DNA of 64,000 bases, taken from NCBI GenBank assembly GCA_017499595.2, contig CM039002.1, positions 1,798,001 through 1,862,000 on the forward strand, written 5' to 3'. The notes beneath the pieces were generated by a model that saw only the letters and a program-made list of their open reading frames with translations, was not told where the DNA came from and made no database searches. The number at the start of each line of letters is the position of its first letter. Position 1 is the stretch's first letter. Both the position numbers and the translations under genes were made by a program. Below, one piece after another: positions 39,706 through 53,399 of the stretch. This DNA is from Psilocybe cubensis (Eukaryota).

Positions 39706-40815
39706 ATGGACATGGACCCCTCCCAATTGCCTCCCACCACTCCTTCTGTGGAAGAGCTCATGTATCAGGTCCAGCTCCTTACCCAAGAGTTGAATTTTCT
39801 TAGACAGCAGCAGCAGTCATTATCCACTCCACCACACCCTCAGCAACCAGTCAGTCAGTCACCATCACCACCACTACCACCACCACCTGCTGCTCTAGAT
39901 ATTCACTCTTTCCTTACCCCTCATGTTGCCCCTTCCTGTTCACACTCTGCCATTAAAGTCTCACCTCCAGATCCATTTGATGGTTCTATGGAGAAGGCAG
40001 AAAACTTCCTCAGTCAGCTTAAATTATATTTCTATGGGAAAGGGATTACAGATGACTTTCAGAAAGTTATTTGTGCTCTATCTCATATGAAAGAAGGTAC
40101 TGCTGGGAAGTGGGCATATGAGAAGACTAAAGTAATAGACAATGCTCAGTCCCAAGAAGGTCTTTGGGCTGACTTTGTTTATGAATTTAGGGAAGTGTTT
40201 GCAGATCCAGACCCCTCCAACACAGCTAAGCATAAAATGCACATGCTCAAGCAAGGCAGACAGACTGCTGATGAGTATGTTGCTAGCTTCAGGGCTCTGA
40301 TCTCAGATACTGGATATAATGATGCTGCTTTGGTAGACCAATTCAAGGCTGGGCTTAATGAAAATCTCAGGAATGCAGTCTACTATGTTCCTGACATGCC
40401 CAAAACCTTGGATGGATGGATTAAATGGAGTACTAGGCTAGATAGGCAGTGGAGACAGAGTGAGGCCTTTACCAAGTCTCTTTCCTCCTCCTCTTCTTCT
40501 CCCTTCCTTAAAGCCCCAACTCCCAAGGCTGTTCCTAAGCCTACTCCAAATCCTCCAGTCTTTTCCAATAGCAGCTCAAGGACCTTTGGTGCTCAGGCAA
40601 AGCAACCAGATATAGTTCCCATGGAGGTTGACTCTGGATGGAAGTCAGTTAGGCCAATTGTTTGCTTCAAGTGCAGAAAGCCTGGTCATAAGGCTGTAAA
40701 CTGCAGGTCATCAGTTAACATCAATGCTATGACCCATGAAGAACTGGCTGACTACTTTGGGAAATTAATCTTGGAAGGCAAGGAGCAGAAAGATGAGGAA
40801 AAGAAAAATTTTTAG
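39706..40815 (+). CDS. gag: gypsy Gag, intact, CCHC knuckle
   Basis: 369-aa ORF with PDPFDG, KQG..TADEY, PMEVD and CFKCRKPGHKAVNC. Confidence 0.93.
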   Translation: MDMDPSQLPPTTPSVEELMYQVQLLTQELNFLRQQQQSLSTPPHPQQPVSQSPSPPLPPPPAALDIHSFLTPHVAPSCSHSAIKVSPPDPFDGSMEKAENFLSQLKLYFYGKGITDDFQKVICALSHMKEGTAGKWAYEKTKVIDNAQSQEGLWADFVYEFREVFADPDPSNTAKHKMHMLKQGRQTADEYVASFRALISDTGYNDAALVDQFKAGLNENLRNAVYYVPDMPKTLDGWIKWSTRLDRQWRQSEAFTKSLSSSSSSPFLKAPTPKAVPKPTPNPPVFSNSSSRTFGAQAKQPDIVPMEVDSGWKSVRPIVCFKCRKPGHKAVNCRSSVNINAMTHEELADYFGKLILEGKEQKDEEKKNF

Positions 40816-40823
40816 AAGCACCA

Positions 40824-43800
40824 TTGGTGAAAGACATGTCCCAATGGAATAGATTTAATGTACTAGAAAATGAAATTGATAGACTTGATCCTCAGTCTTC
40901 AGATTCTGGTGCAGAAATCATGTCTTCTTCTTCCTCTCTTTCTACCTTCCCTGAAAAGATCTACATCCTCAACCATAATCCTAAAACCTCTACCCATTTG
41001 TCTGTCATCTTAAAGACAATAGACACAGAGAAAAGGTTATCTGTTGATGCTTTGCTTGATTCTGGGGCTACTGGCCTCTTTCTGCATTCTGGTTTTGTGA
41101 AGTATCATAATCTCAACACAAGGAAACTTCCTAGAGCCATTCCAGTCTATAATGTTGATGGTACTCTCAACAAGAGTGGCTCTATCCATGAGGAAGTAGA
41201 CTTAATTATGGTACACAAAAACCATACAGAAAGGGCCACCTTTGCTGTTTGTGACTTGGGAGACAAATCTGCTATCATTGGACATACTTGGCTTTGGCAC
41301 CATAATCCAGATGTTGATTGGAAGACAGGGGATGTTTAGTTTATTAGATGTCCCTCTGACTGCCAAATGGAAGCCAAAAGAGCCAGAAGAAAGAGGCAGA
41401 GAATAGCTGCAGTCAAAAGGAGGAAACTCCCTCAATTTGATGAAGAAGAAGATGATTCTATTGAAGATTCTTCTGATTCTGAGATTGAGCCTGAGGATAG
41501 AATTTTTATTTCATACCTTCATCCTCAGAAGCAGTCTATTAATGCTACTTCTACTATGTCTCAAAGATTAGCAGAAGAGTCTCATCAGCAAGCTGATTCC
41601 CCTAAGAAAACCTTTGAAGAAACTGTTCCTAAGCACTATCATCAGTTTAAAGGTGTTTTTTCAAAGGAATCTTTTGATAGGCTACCAGACAGAAAGCCTT
41701 GGGATCATGCTATTGAGCTGAAACCTGGTTCTGAACCTTACAGATCCAAGATTTATCCTCTTTCTCCCAATGAACAAAAGGAACTTGATGCCTTTTTAGA
41801 GGAAAATCTGAAGTCTGGCAGGATTAGACCCTCCAAGTCACCTATAGCCTCCCCTGTATTCTTTGTCAAGAAGAAGGATGGATCTCTTAGGCTTGTCCAG
41901 GACTATAGGAAACTGAATGAAATGACCATCAAGAACTCCTACCCCCTTCCACTGATTTCTGACATTATCACCAAACTCAGCAAAGCCAAATACTTCACCA
42001 AACTTGATGTTAGGTGGGGATTTAACAATGTCAGAATCAAAAAAGGAGATGAATGGAAAGCAGCCTTTAGAACCAATAGAGGGCTGTTTGAACCATTGGT
42101 CATGTTCTTTGGTTTAACCAATAGTCCTGCTACCTTCCAAACTATGATGAATGATATCTTTATTGAGCTCATTGATGGAAATGTTGTCATTGTCTACATG
42201 GATGACATTTTAATTTTCACTGAGACTCTTGATCATCATAGAGAGGTAGTCAAGCAAGTTCTGCAAATCTTAGAACAGAACAAACTCTACCTTAAAGCAG
42301 AGAAATGTGAATTTGAAAAGAAAAAGATTGAATATCTTGGACTAATCATTTCACAAGGCAGGATTGAGATGGATCCTGTCAAGGTAGAGGGAGTTTCTAA
42401 ATGGCCTGAACCTGAAAATGTCAAGGATGTCCAATCATTTTTGGGATTTGTTAATTTTTATAGAAGGTTTATAGAGGATTTTGCAGACATTGCTAAGCCC
42501 CTTCATGAATTGACAAAGAAAGGAACAGTCTGGAGATGGAGTCTTAGACAGCAGGAAGCCTTTGACCAGTTAAAGAAGAAAGTCACTTCTTCACCTGTCT
42601 TGATTTTCCCTGATGATAACAAGCCATATAAAGTTGAAGCAGACAGTTCAGATTATGCTACTGGGGCTGTTTTATCTCAGGAAGGATCAGATGGGAAATG
42701 GCATCCTGTAGCCTTTATGTCTAAGAGTCTATCTGAAGTAGAAAGGAATTATGAGATCCATGACAAAGAGATGCTGGCTATTATCAGAGCACTAGATGAA
42801 TGGAGACATTATCTTGAAGGAACCCAACATTCCTTTGAGATTTGGACAGACCACAAAAACTTAGAGTACTTTATGGTTGCCCAAAAGCTCAGCAGAAGGC
42901 AAGCCAGATGGTCACTCTTCCTGTCCAGATTTGATTTTACTCTTCATCATAGGCCTGGTAAAAGATCTCTTAAGCCAGATGCTTTGTCTAGGAGACCAGA
43001 TCATAAAAAGGGAGAGAATGATAACCAAAATGTAGTTCTCCTCAAACCTTCCTACTTTAAAATCCAGGCTCTCAAGCAGGGTCATGCTACCATTACTGGT
43101 GCAGAAAATGATCTTCTTAAGAAGATTAGAGAAGCTAAGGAGATGGATGAAAAGGTGGTCAAGGCAGTTCAGGAGCTCAAGAAATCTTCTACCAAGAAGA
43201 TTGAAGGACAGGAATGGTCAGAAGAACAAGGCCTTATTCTCTACAGGGGGAAGGTGTATGTTCCCAAGGACAAAGATCTTAGAAGAAAGATTGTGGAACT
43301 GCACCATGATGCCTTCATTGCTGGACATCCAGGGAAATGGAAGACAATTGAGCTAGTCTCTAGGAATTATTGGTGGCCAGGAATGTCACATTTTATTGCA
43401 GCCTATACCAGAGGTTGTGATAGATGCAACAGAACCAAAACCTTTCCAGCCAAACCTCTTGGCCTTTTAATTCCTACTGAGATTCCCTCTGATGTCTGGC
43501 AATGCATCTCTGTGGACTTTATTATGGGGTTACCAGAATGTCAAGGGTATAATGCCATTATGGTGGTTGTGGATAGACTTAGTAAAATGATCCACATTAT
43601 CCCTACTACAGATGAAGTCACTTCTGAAGGGACAGCCAGACTATACAGAGATTATGTCTGGAAACACCATGGCTTACCCATTAAAATTCTGTGTGATAGA
43701 GGTCCACAGTTTGTCTCAAGGTTTATGAAAGAACTCAACTCAATACTTGGTATCCAGACAGCCTCATCTACAGCCTACCATCCCCAAACTGATGGTCAGA

Positions 43801-44693
43801 CTGAAAGAGTTAACCAAGAAATTGAGCAGTATCTTAGACTCTTTATAAACCATAGACAAGATGATTGGGTTGAATGGTTAGCTCTAGCTGAATTCTCTTA
43901 TAACAATAGAGTTCAGGCTTCAACCAGGCAGACACCATTCATGCTCAATAATGGCAGACATCCCAGAATGGGCACTGAACCCCTTAGAGATAGTAAAATG
44001 GACACTGTGGATACCTTTGTGAAAAATATGGAAGAAGCCAGGAAAGAAGCAGAGTCTGCACTTAGAAAAGCTGCTGATGATATGGCTAAATTCTATAATA
44101 GACACAGAGGTACTCCAACTCAGTACAAAGTTGGGGATTTGGTATGGTTGGATGGCAAGGACCTCAAAACTGATAGGCCCTCCAAGAAATTGGATGATAA
44201 AAGATATGGGCCTTACAAAATTACCAAAGTTATTAGCCCTAATGCCTATGAGCTTAAGCTGCCATCTACCATGAAAATCCATCCAGTGTTTAATGTGGTT
44301 AAACTTCTACCTTATCACCCAGATATTGTAGGAAGAAAGCCTCCTTCTAGACCACCTCCTGTCATTCAAGGAGAAAATCCTGAGTGGGAAGTTGAATTTA
44401 TCAAGGACAGCAGACTTTTTAGAAACAAACTTCAATATTTGGTCAAGTGGAAGAACTATCCTAATGAAGAATGCACTTGGGAGCCTGCAGAGCATTTGAA
44501 AAATGCTTCTAAGGCTATCAAGGACTTCCATGCCAAACATCCTTCAGCACCTAGAAGGATTTCTGCTATGACCTTTGATAGACTTTCTTTCACTCCTATT
44601 ATTAACTTTACTGAACCTCCTCCTCTTCTTAAACCCTCTAAACTAACCCATCCATGTGCACATTGTGGAAAATGTGCCTTAGAGAGGGGGTGA
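40824..44693 (+). pseudogene. pol: gypsy Pol with one nonsense mutation (CAG>TAG at 41337-41339)
   Basis: ORFs 40824-41339 and 41367-44693 are in the same frame and match copy 1 Pol. Confidence 0.93.
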
Positions 44694-45150
44694 TGTCAGG
44701 GTTTCTCCAGTTTCCCCTCTTTATCTTCACAGAATTATCTTATCCTTTCATTATCTTATCAATTATCTGATTAGATAGTTTATTTCTTTCATCACAGCCT
44801 TCTTGCTCCACTTCTTTCTAGTAAATTCTATATCATTCCTAGTCTTACTCATCCTTTTTCTATATGATGTCACTTTTATTCTTTAACCTTCCTTTATGAT
44901 GTAATGTAGAGAATATTCTAGAATAGCTGTAGAGTATAAATACTGGACTTGTAGGTAGCTGTAGCTTCAGCTTCAATCTCTTAGGATATCCACTATCATT
45001 GGTGTGATCTCTTAGAACCATTGAATCTCTCTCACTCTCTTATTCTCTCTTTGCTCTCTTACTCTCCCTCTGCTCTCTCTCTCTCTCTCTCTTGCTTAAT
45101 CTTTGTTGGTGGCCTTGTCACACTGATTATAGTGTTGCCCTGACAGGCAC

Positions 45151-47850
45151 CAAAGTCAGCTGCAGTACAGTGTTGATATACCACTTGTTGATCAGGACAT
45201 GGAAGGAAAAAAGGCTGGCAAGAGCATCTAGGACGTCAGTTAGAGAGGTGTGCATGGCACCTATGATTGCCAAGGTGGCCTTGTGCTGCACTAAGGCTAG
45301 CTTGCATATAATAGGTCTTTTGTTACTCACACCATTAATAAGCAAGCCACATTGAGATGACAGCATTAAGAAAATGTCTACCGTGTATAGCATTTGGGGC
45401 ACTACAATAGTAAGGTAGAACTGGCGCATGTGTCTTTGCAAGACCCCCTTTGTCATCTGAGAAAGGCAAACAAATTATTATACACACTTCTAACCCTTCC
45501 TAACCGCTGCCACACTCTGCTCTACCCAAGACAGCCTCTTATAAACAATTATTCCCAGAAAATGTGCTAAGCTGCATGGTTTAATGACATGGTTGCCCAG
45601 CACCAACTCAGGCTTCAGCAGTGATATTCTCTTCTCCAATATTGCATTTCAAACCTATTTCCTTGCTACATCCAAAAGTTAGAACTTGTCAAACCCAAAC
45701 TCATAATTGTGGCACCTTATCTACTCTAAAATACTACCCTTCCTTATTATCATATCTTGCAGCTTTGCATATATCTCAATAAAATTTTGCCCAATAGCCA
45801 CGAGGGCTGCATCATCAACAAAAAGTAGGCCCAGCTCCTTGAGAGCCTTCCTTAGCAAACACAGAATTCCAGAGTTGTAAATAATATAGGCCATGATAGA
45901 GAAGGAGTCATCTGGTCAAGACTACAAACAATAAAGAAAACTTCCAATACAAAGTCATTGAAGGTAAGGGTTGTGGTTTGATTTTTCAGACAACAAAGCA
46001 CCCAATTGATGTATTGGTTAGGTATTCCTAGCAATTGCATTTTATGGGCAAGCATCTTCATGTCCACGCTAAAGAAGGTGCCCCAAATGTCCAGAAAGAG
46101 AACCAAAGCCACCTTACCCACCCTTTAAGCATTCTTTATGGTCTTGGCCAGTAGGTGAATAAAATATCTCTCTGGTGGTACACCCGGGCCTTGCCCCAAA
46201 ATGATTTTCCAAAAGCAGGCCTAGCTTTTTGCAGTAGAAAACAATGTCTTTGGTGACACAGCTATTGAGCAACCACACAAATATTGGAGAGGATAATAGG
46301 GTGCCAGGTACCTGCCACCCAATAGTCAGGGTGGCTGGGCTTGTGCAAGACCAGTGTTTGGGTCGAAGCCCACCGGTTAGGATAGTATTCTAGCGCAAAA
46401 GTGGTCTGGAAGAGTGATGCAATGTGGGAAACCAGCACTTCATGATTGTGGAGGAGGACATTGTTAAGAATGGTTTCAGGCTTGCTGGCCTTGAAAGATT
46501 TTAACTGACAGATAGCCCAATCAACCTGCACATTTATAATGTGGAAGGTCTAGGCTGGCGGTGAGTAGGTTGCATTGTTGGGCACCGCCAATGTGCTAGG
46601 CAGGTTGGAAAAGAATGATTTGAAGAAAACCCAACTCTTCTCTGCATTTGCAGTCATCATGGTCCTAGAGCCTCCTTCCCAATCTACATGCAGCGGTGGC
46701 ACCCTTGTCTTTCCTTTGTCAGTTGCTTCATTGCTCACAAAGTGGCTGGCTGTCTACACCAAGGCATTATCCAACTCCTCCAGCTACCAGTCCCAGTATG
46801 CAGCCTTTGCCCTTCTAATAGCCTCCAAATAGTTGTTACAAGCCCTCGTATACTGCTTGTATGCAAAATGATGCACATTAGACTACAAGTGGTAAGTGCG
46901 ATGACCCAACCTCTGCATTGCATTTTTCAACCCGGCCAGATCCTTATTCCATCATCTCTTCATATATAGCAAGGGACATATGAAAAGAATATGCAAGGAG
47001 ATCACCTCCACCACAACCACATTCAAGGCCGCAAGCCTTCTATCAAATTCCTTCCTCAAATCCACTTCACCCGTTGACAGGCCCTCCAAGTAGCTCTCCA
47101 AAGCCCTAGCAAGCTTGTCCCATTTAGCCAGGCAAAAATTGGGGTGGGAAGCAGCCCTGAACCTCTTCACCGCCATGTCAATGACCATTACCACAGAAAA
47201 ATAGTCCATGTTTACAAGAATCAACTTAGGGCGCATGTTGCAGAAAATGACAGAGCCTACCATGCTTGAAGAGCAGAAAACATTATTGACACAGATGAGG
47301 TTTCGACCATTAGATGCTTAGAGTATAAATACATGTCTTTTGGCAAGGCTATCACTATATTGTGGCAATGCAGCATGGCTAGCAGGGGCTCCATGAGGAA
47401 AAAAGTGTGATTTGTAAAGAAGTGATAATTGTGCTCCTTGTTCCACAAAGGGTGATAATAATTGAAGTTCCTAGCCAAATATAATGCAGCGGGTGTTATG
47501 GGCAAGCCCTTGCCTGTAAGCTTCTTGTATACCAGGAAACAGCCGCTAGGCTATTATTGTGGTTGCAATTATTGTAGATATTGAAAACACATATTATACC
47601 AAAGATGCCTTAAAGCTGCACTGCGATGACATTGGGGAAATTCAGGTGAATCTCTGTGCGGACATCAAAGGCAATGTTGCGGTTGACAAATATGATGGAT
47701 CTTGTATGTCTGCCAACCTAAAAGGTTCTCTTGCAAGGCCCACCAGATATTGGTTGCCAATGGGCTTTGATCTGGCAAAAGCCATAGAATGGCTGGGATT
47801 TTCAACCTTCCATATAGGTGTTCATGCCCAATCTGTTAGATAAACAGAGT
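45151..47850 (-). pseudogene. Old decayed LINE ORF2 (APE endonuclease and RT remnants); probably continues at 38508-38755
   Basis: NIYNNC and NFNYYHPLW (APE-like), WHPIILSN, LFLDIWGTF, tttgttgatgat (FVDD); many stops. Confidence 0.75.
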
Positions 47851-48469
47851 ACTACTGCACTCCAAAGAGCTCCCTACATGGTGCATGAAGGAATTGCACT
47901 TACTGCTCTGCTAGTCCTAATAGATTTATTCTAATCAAATGTAGAAGGGAATCAACTCAAGCACAAACACTGATTTACCCAGACAGAGGATTTAGTCTTT
48001 TTAGGCCAGAATATAGAGACTACTTATATCTGCCTAGACCTGTAACAGGTCCTTGTATGAGTATGAAGTTGAAACCCTTGATAAAAGGACCTGTAAATCA
48101 GAGTTTCAATCCCTGTTGCACTCCTTATAATCAAAAATATGATAGCAGACATCACCATCTGCCATATTCAGTAGTTCCAAAAAAGGTGATTTACTTTTTG
48201 CTGCTGGCAACAATGACCATTGTTGTCAATACACAAGATCCATTGTGTTTTTTCACCCATTTCTACCTCCTACCACCATCATGAAGGGCCAACGGCTATT
48301 CCATATTGAAGATCTGTCTGCAAATGCATCTTAAAGCTCATAGGAGGCAGGGCATTTTTTTGCATTCGCTCTGCCTTCTTCATCACCAATGGCCTTATGT
48401 TCACTCAAATGCAAGTGACGCAGCCAGCAAGACCCAAATTCCATCTTGTTATTGAATTTTAAAATGATG

Positions 48470-49300
48470 TCATAGAGTTTGGAGATGCCTCAAACACCCC
48501 AACCCGTACTTTCTACCGCAGCATTACTAGATGTAGTGACACCAGATACACCTCCATTTGGGATCGCATCAAGCAATAGTGCTGTTGCTACAGCATTGGT
48601 AGTGGAGGATCAGAAGATAGAGGATGATTATTGGGTATATAAAGAAGCATGGAATTATAGATTATGGGTACCGCCTGTTGAGGACTTGGAGCCCATTGTG
48701 TAATTATCTGTTATATTGAATAAATGAACTTTTGAGACTTATTACACCAAAATGACTCTACCATTTGTATTAGCCATACTTCACCTAATGCTTATATAAC
48801 ACCGTTACAAGGTAACAAGCCCAAAATACTTGAAGCAGCCTAGAGTTTGCTTTTACTCGGTTCTCCGCTATGTGTCAGTTTGCAAAGAGAATACAGTTTT
48901 TGAAGAATTTCAAGTTCAGAGGTGTGGAAAAATTGAAGACAGTCATGCAGCGTATTTGGAAAAATTGTTTCATGCATTATTTACTGGTTCAAGGGGCAAA
49001 CTCCCCGTCAACGAGCAATATCAACCCATTTTTTCATTAGAGAAGGTGAAAAAATCTATTTATATCGCTTTTCTTCTTATTTAGAACTATTGGTTTTGGG
49101 CGGACCTCTTGAAATGGAAAGACCAAGTGATCCAAGAGCAAATTTCAATTATAAGGAGTCTTTACCACCAGAAAGACCCGGTTTGCCAGGCCTTGTATCA
49201 AGGATTTCACCATCCTATCCTCATACAAGGACTGGTCACCAGTCTAATATCTGCCATAGTCCAGCTGCAACTACCAAATCCCTGCTTGATTGCCAAAAGC
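48470..49300 (+). other. Possible fragment of an intron-containing gene of unknown function
   Basis: Three protein-like ORF segments separated by short AT-rich GT...AG stretches; no recognisable motif. Confidence 0.3.
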
Positions 49301-49309
49301 ATTGAGTAA

Positions 49310-50112
49310 GCCAATAGGCTGAAGCAGGCTAGACTGGCATGTCATGACTGTGACAATGTACAGCCACATCACACACTTCAAAGAGGTGCAGCTATTGCCA
49401 TGTCAGCAACTGTTGTCAATCCTCTTTTACCAAGAAAGGGTTCCAACAGTAGTTTAATGTCTTTGCGGATCTAGAAAGATGTTTCTAGCAAAACTGTGAG
49501 CTTTCTATACCAAGGGAAGACCTCTTACCATTTAATTTTTAATGTCCTAGGTCATAGGACACAGGGATTACACCAGCTAATGCCAATTTTAAGCTCCTTT
49601 ACCAAGAAAGCACAATCATGCCTGGTAGTAGACCGAGTCTGTCTTCTGGCTTCCTGTTGGATGCAAAAATGGCTGGTATTTGATTTATATAGCACACAAA
49701 AGCCCTTTTTGGGCTCCTCAGAGCATGGGAAAAATCCTTGATGATGGTGGTTAGAGTCAAGGATTGGTGATTCCAAGATCAATCATACTAATGCAATGTC
49801 CTTCAATACATGGAAAGTGGATAGGCCCCAAGTTTACAAAGAACACCTGTAGCAAAGGCAGTGAGATTGTTAGCAATTTCTGGATGCCCAGTAAAATTAA
49901 GATTCCATTTTGACAAGTGGCAATTGAAGTCTATGAACATGTAGGCACAGAGAGGAAGAGTGGCAGCCATACTCTTCAAAAGGTTGATGGCAGTATGTCT
50001 GTTATCAGAATAAACATTTAGAAAGTTGTATGACTTGCCAGGGCAGAAGAAAGTCAGAATAAGCATGTTACTATAATTATCACAATGCATGAATGGTTGA
50101 TACACACTCAAA
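49310..50112 (-). pseudogene. Decayed LINE endonuclease fragment
   Basis: FLNVYSD...DFNCH motifs typical of a LINE APE domain. Confidence 0.65.
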
Positions 50113-50114
50113 TA

Positions 50115-51719
50115 CAGTGGGCAAAAAAACCGTTCGAGTGTTGGTCACGTATGAAAAGATTAATTTATAACTTTGAAATTAAAAATGTTAAAAATATGAG
50201 ATTATTCACAGGTATACTAGAGGGTATTAGCTAAAGGATGGCACATTGATCATGTGATTTTTCCAAGAATTGACCAAATAGGAGCATATACAGTTTGCTA
50301 AGTCATTCAAACAGTTTTTTTGCTAAACACTTGAGTATCAATAAATCATATCTACTAGTACTTTGTATGTCTACCCTTGGCCTTAATCACTGCTGCACAC
50401 CTTCTAGGCATGCTAGCAATCAAATTCTGCACCACTTCCTTGGGTATTCTATTTCATTCCTTCTCAACCCTCTTCCAAGGTTCATGGATACCCTTTGGTG
50501 GGACTTCATGTTCATTAAGTCTTCTTTTAAGGTATTCCCATAGATGTTCAATGGGGTTGAGATCTGGAGATTGTGCAGGCCATATGAGGACCCTAAAATT
50601 CTGCTCTTCAAATCATTTCTTGGCCAATTTTGAAGTGTGCTTGGGGTCATTGTCTTGCTGAAAGTGGATATCTTCTACCTGTTGACCATACCACTCCAAG
50701 GATTTTAGGAGCTCATTACCTAGGATCTCAGTGTATAACTGAGCATCCATCTTTCCATCAATTCTAGTGGCAAATCCAATTCCTTCTCATCCCATACAAC
50801 CCCACATCATTAAGTTTCCTCCTCCAAACTTCACAGTTTGCTTGATCCTCCTGGGGTCCTATCTGTTTTCCTTGTCTATCCACACCTGATCTCTGCCATC
50901 TGAACCCAATCTGTTGATTTTGGTCTCATCTGACCACTAGACCCTTGCCTAGTCATCCACAGTCTACTCCAAGTGCCTTTCTGCAAACTCCAATCTAGCC
51001 CTCCTATGCTTTTTTGATAACAAAGGCTTCTTTTGTTTTGCCACTGAGACCATGCCAGTTGATTTGAGTGCATTCCTAACTGTTTGAGGACTGATATTCT
51101 GGCCATTAATAGTAACCAGAGACTTGGCAGCTTGCACAGCATTTTTGATTTGTCCAGTTCAAATTCCATGCTTGGTATAGGTGATATTGGCACCAGTCAG
51201 CTTCTTTGGGTGTCCTCCATGGGAAACCACTGCCTCAGGACAGTAGTCTTGGCAAATCTTGGTGATAGAACCAGCACTAGCTCCAGTCTGGGCCTTGATA
51301 GAGGCATAGGAGTGACCAGAAGTAAGAAGAGAGACAATAGTAGCAATGGTTGCTTTAGAGAGGGGTTTTATGCTTGATTGGGAGGATAAAGAGGTTGGTT
51401 ATAGCTATTATATACCTATTCAACATGTAGTCACATGATTTTATTGATAGTTGTTTGGTATATCAACAAAGTCATGTGATAATACATAGTTTATAGCATT
51501 TAAATTACTAGCAAAAAAACTGTTCGAATGACTTAGCAAATTGTGTATGCTGCTGTTTGGTCAATTCTTGGAAAAATCACATGATTAGTGTGCCATCCTT
51601 TAGCTAATACCCCCTAGTATACCTGTGAATAATCTCATATTTTTAATATTTTTAATTTCAAAGTTATAAATTAATCTTTTCATATGTAACCAACACTCAA
51701 ACGGTTTTTTTGCCCACTA
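50115..51719 (-). mobile_element. Tc1/mariner DNA transposon, copy 2 (transposase pseudogene 50355-51371)
   Basis: Reverse complement of 36901-38505, flanked by TA, with the same inactivating stops. Confidence 0.95.
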
Positions 51720-53399
51720 TATGTATCATATCAGTATCTTTTTTATTGTTATTTTTCAATAATCATTTAAATAATTTTATCTTATTCACCTTATTTTTTT
51801 TCTAAACTTTGCTTCCACTTTGTTCATCTGATATATAATATTCTTTACTCCATTTTTTTAATTCTATTTTCTTTAGCCTGCATTTCTGTTTTCTTAAAAT
51901 CTATAATGCCTTTATTTTTCTTTATATGATTATCTATCTACCTTCTTGTGTTTTTTATTTTGTTTTTCTCTTTTAAATACTCTCAGTTTTACAGTATAAA
52001 TACAAGCTAGATTGTACTTCTTTTCTCTAGCAAATAAAAAGCCTTTTAAACCTATTATTTAAACTCACAAATTCATTTTCCATATACAGCAATAATATGC
52101 TCATTACTCTTCAAGTCATGGTAGTTACTTGTATCATAGTTGAACTTTAGCCTGATTCACAATCATTGAATTTTTTCTGAATATTATATGGTTAATTGTC
52201 AATACTGCAATTTGAATAGACATGGCTCAATCTAATTTTAAGGCTAAGTTAGTCCAAAGCATTATTTCCAAGTTACAATCACAAAAGTTTATTATAGAAA
52301 AAGACAATAACAAGAACTTGTTGAAAGTCAAATGTATTATTGCAGAGAAAAACAATATGCTCAAAATCAAATAAGCTGGGCTAGATTCTGTGACTAGAAA
52401 ACTATGAGCACAATGCTAGGTTTTAAAAAAGGACTGTATACTCAATCTGGTACTTGTATAAAACTTGAAGAAGAAACAGGCAAAGAGTAGAAAATATAAG
52501 TAAAATTTAAAGATTATTAACATTTTCTATTATATTCATATTTTTGTTGTGTTCTATTTATAGCCACCACATTAGCTAAAAAATACTTATTTGCTACATG
52601 TGATATTGAAATATAATACAAATAATAAGAAAAAAACATTAAAATCAAGAAAAAATATGTAACCACATTGCAAAGGAAGAAATGCAAGCTTAACAAGATA
52701 TAGAGCAAGAATTATTTTACTCATATGTCCACTATTAATGCCAATATTCAAACAAAAATCAATAATAAGCAAGAATTATTCATAACATACATTGTTTTAA
52801 GATCAAAGAAGAAGTAACAGATAGAGGTTGAGACAGGTTATAATAATGGTTTGTTTATGCAGATTATTAATATTAGTAGCTTTTATAGTTATTAGTTCTC
52901 AGCTACCCCCCAAGGCCAAGTCCTTTACCAAATTTATGTCTAGAAAAAAATCACTTTGACATTAAACTACCATAACTGCATTTATTGTCAATTTTTTACA
53001 ATATTTGTTGGAGATTATTAATTGACTTGCTAGGGAAGTTGTGTATGTTCCATACATTGCATGCTATGTTAGTTCTAGCATGTTAATTTTTAAGGTATAG
53101 AGAGATATATTTATAGTTAGTAGATAGACTAGTTAGTTTCATTCCGGCCTTTTAGAAAAGTTAATCTCTGTATATACAATAAATTGAAGATGTTAGAATT
53201 CAAAAACTATACTCTTTTTGAGGCTATTATTAGATCTTGATATTTTACCAAGTGAATAGCAAATAAAAACCCCTAAGAGAAATATAAAGATAAATTATAT
53301 TTCTATTAAGGCTAGAAAAGCAATACTTACAGTATGTAGAATTAAATATAAAAGTCAGCATACTTTTTATTCTTTAATTTTGAAACATGATTAGATATA

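Larger units (their letters stand above)
38761..45145 (+). mobile_element. Chromoviral Ty3/gypsy LTR retrotransposon, copy 2 (LTRs 38761-39214 and 44694-45145)
   Basis: TSD GGCAC on both sides; near-identical LTRs; PPT agagaggggg before the 3' LTR. Confidence 0.97.

Noticed and set aside
21847-45145. Giant chromosomal palindrome formed by inverted gypsy copies around the foldback element
   Set aside because: Each gypsy copy has its own TSD (AGCAC, GGCAC) and the intervening DNA is not symmetric; these are independent insertions.
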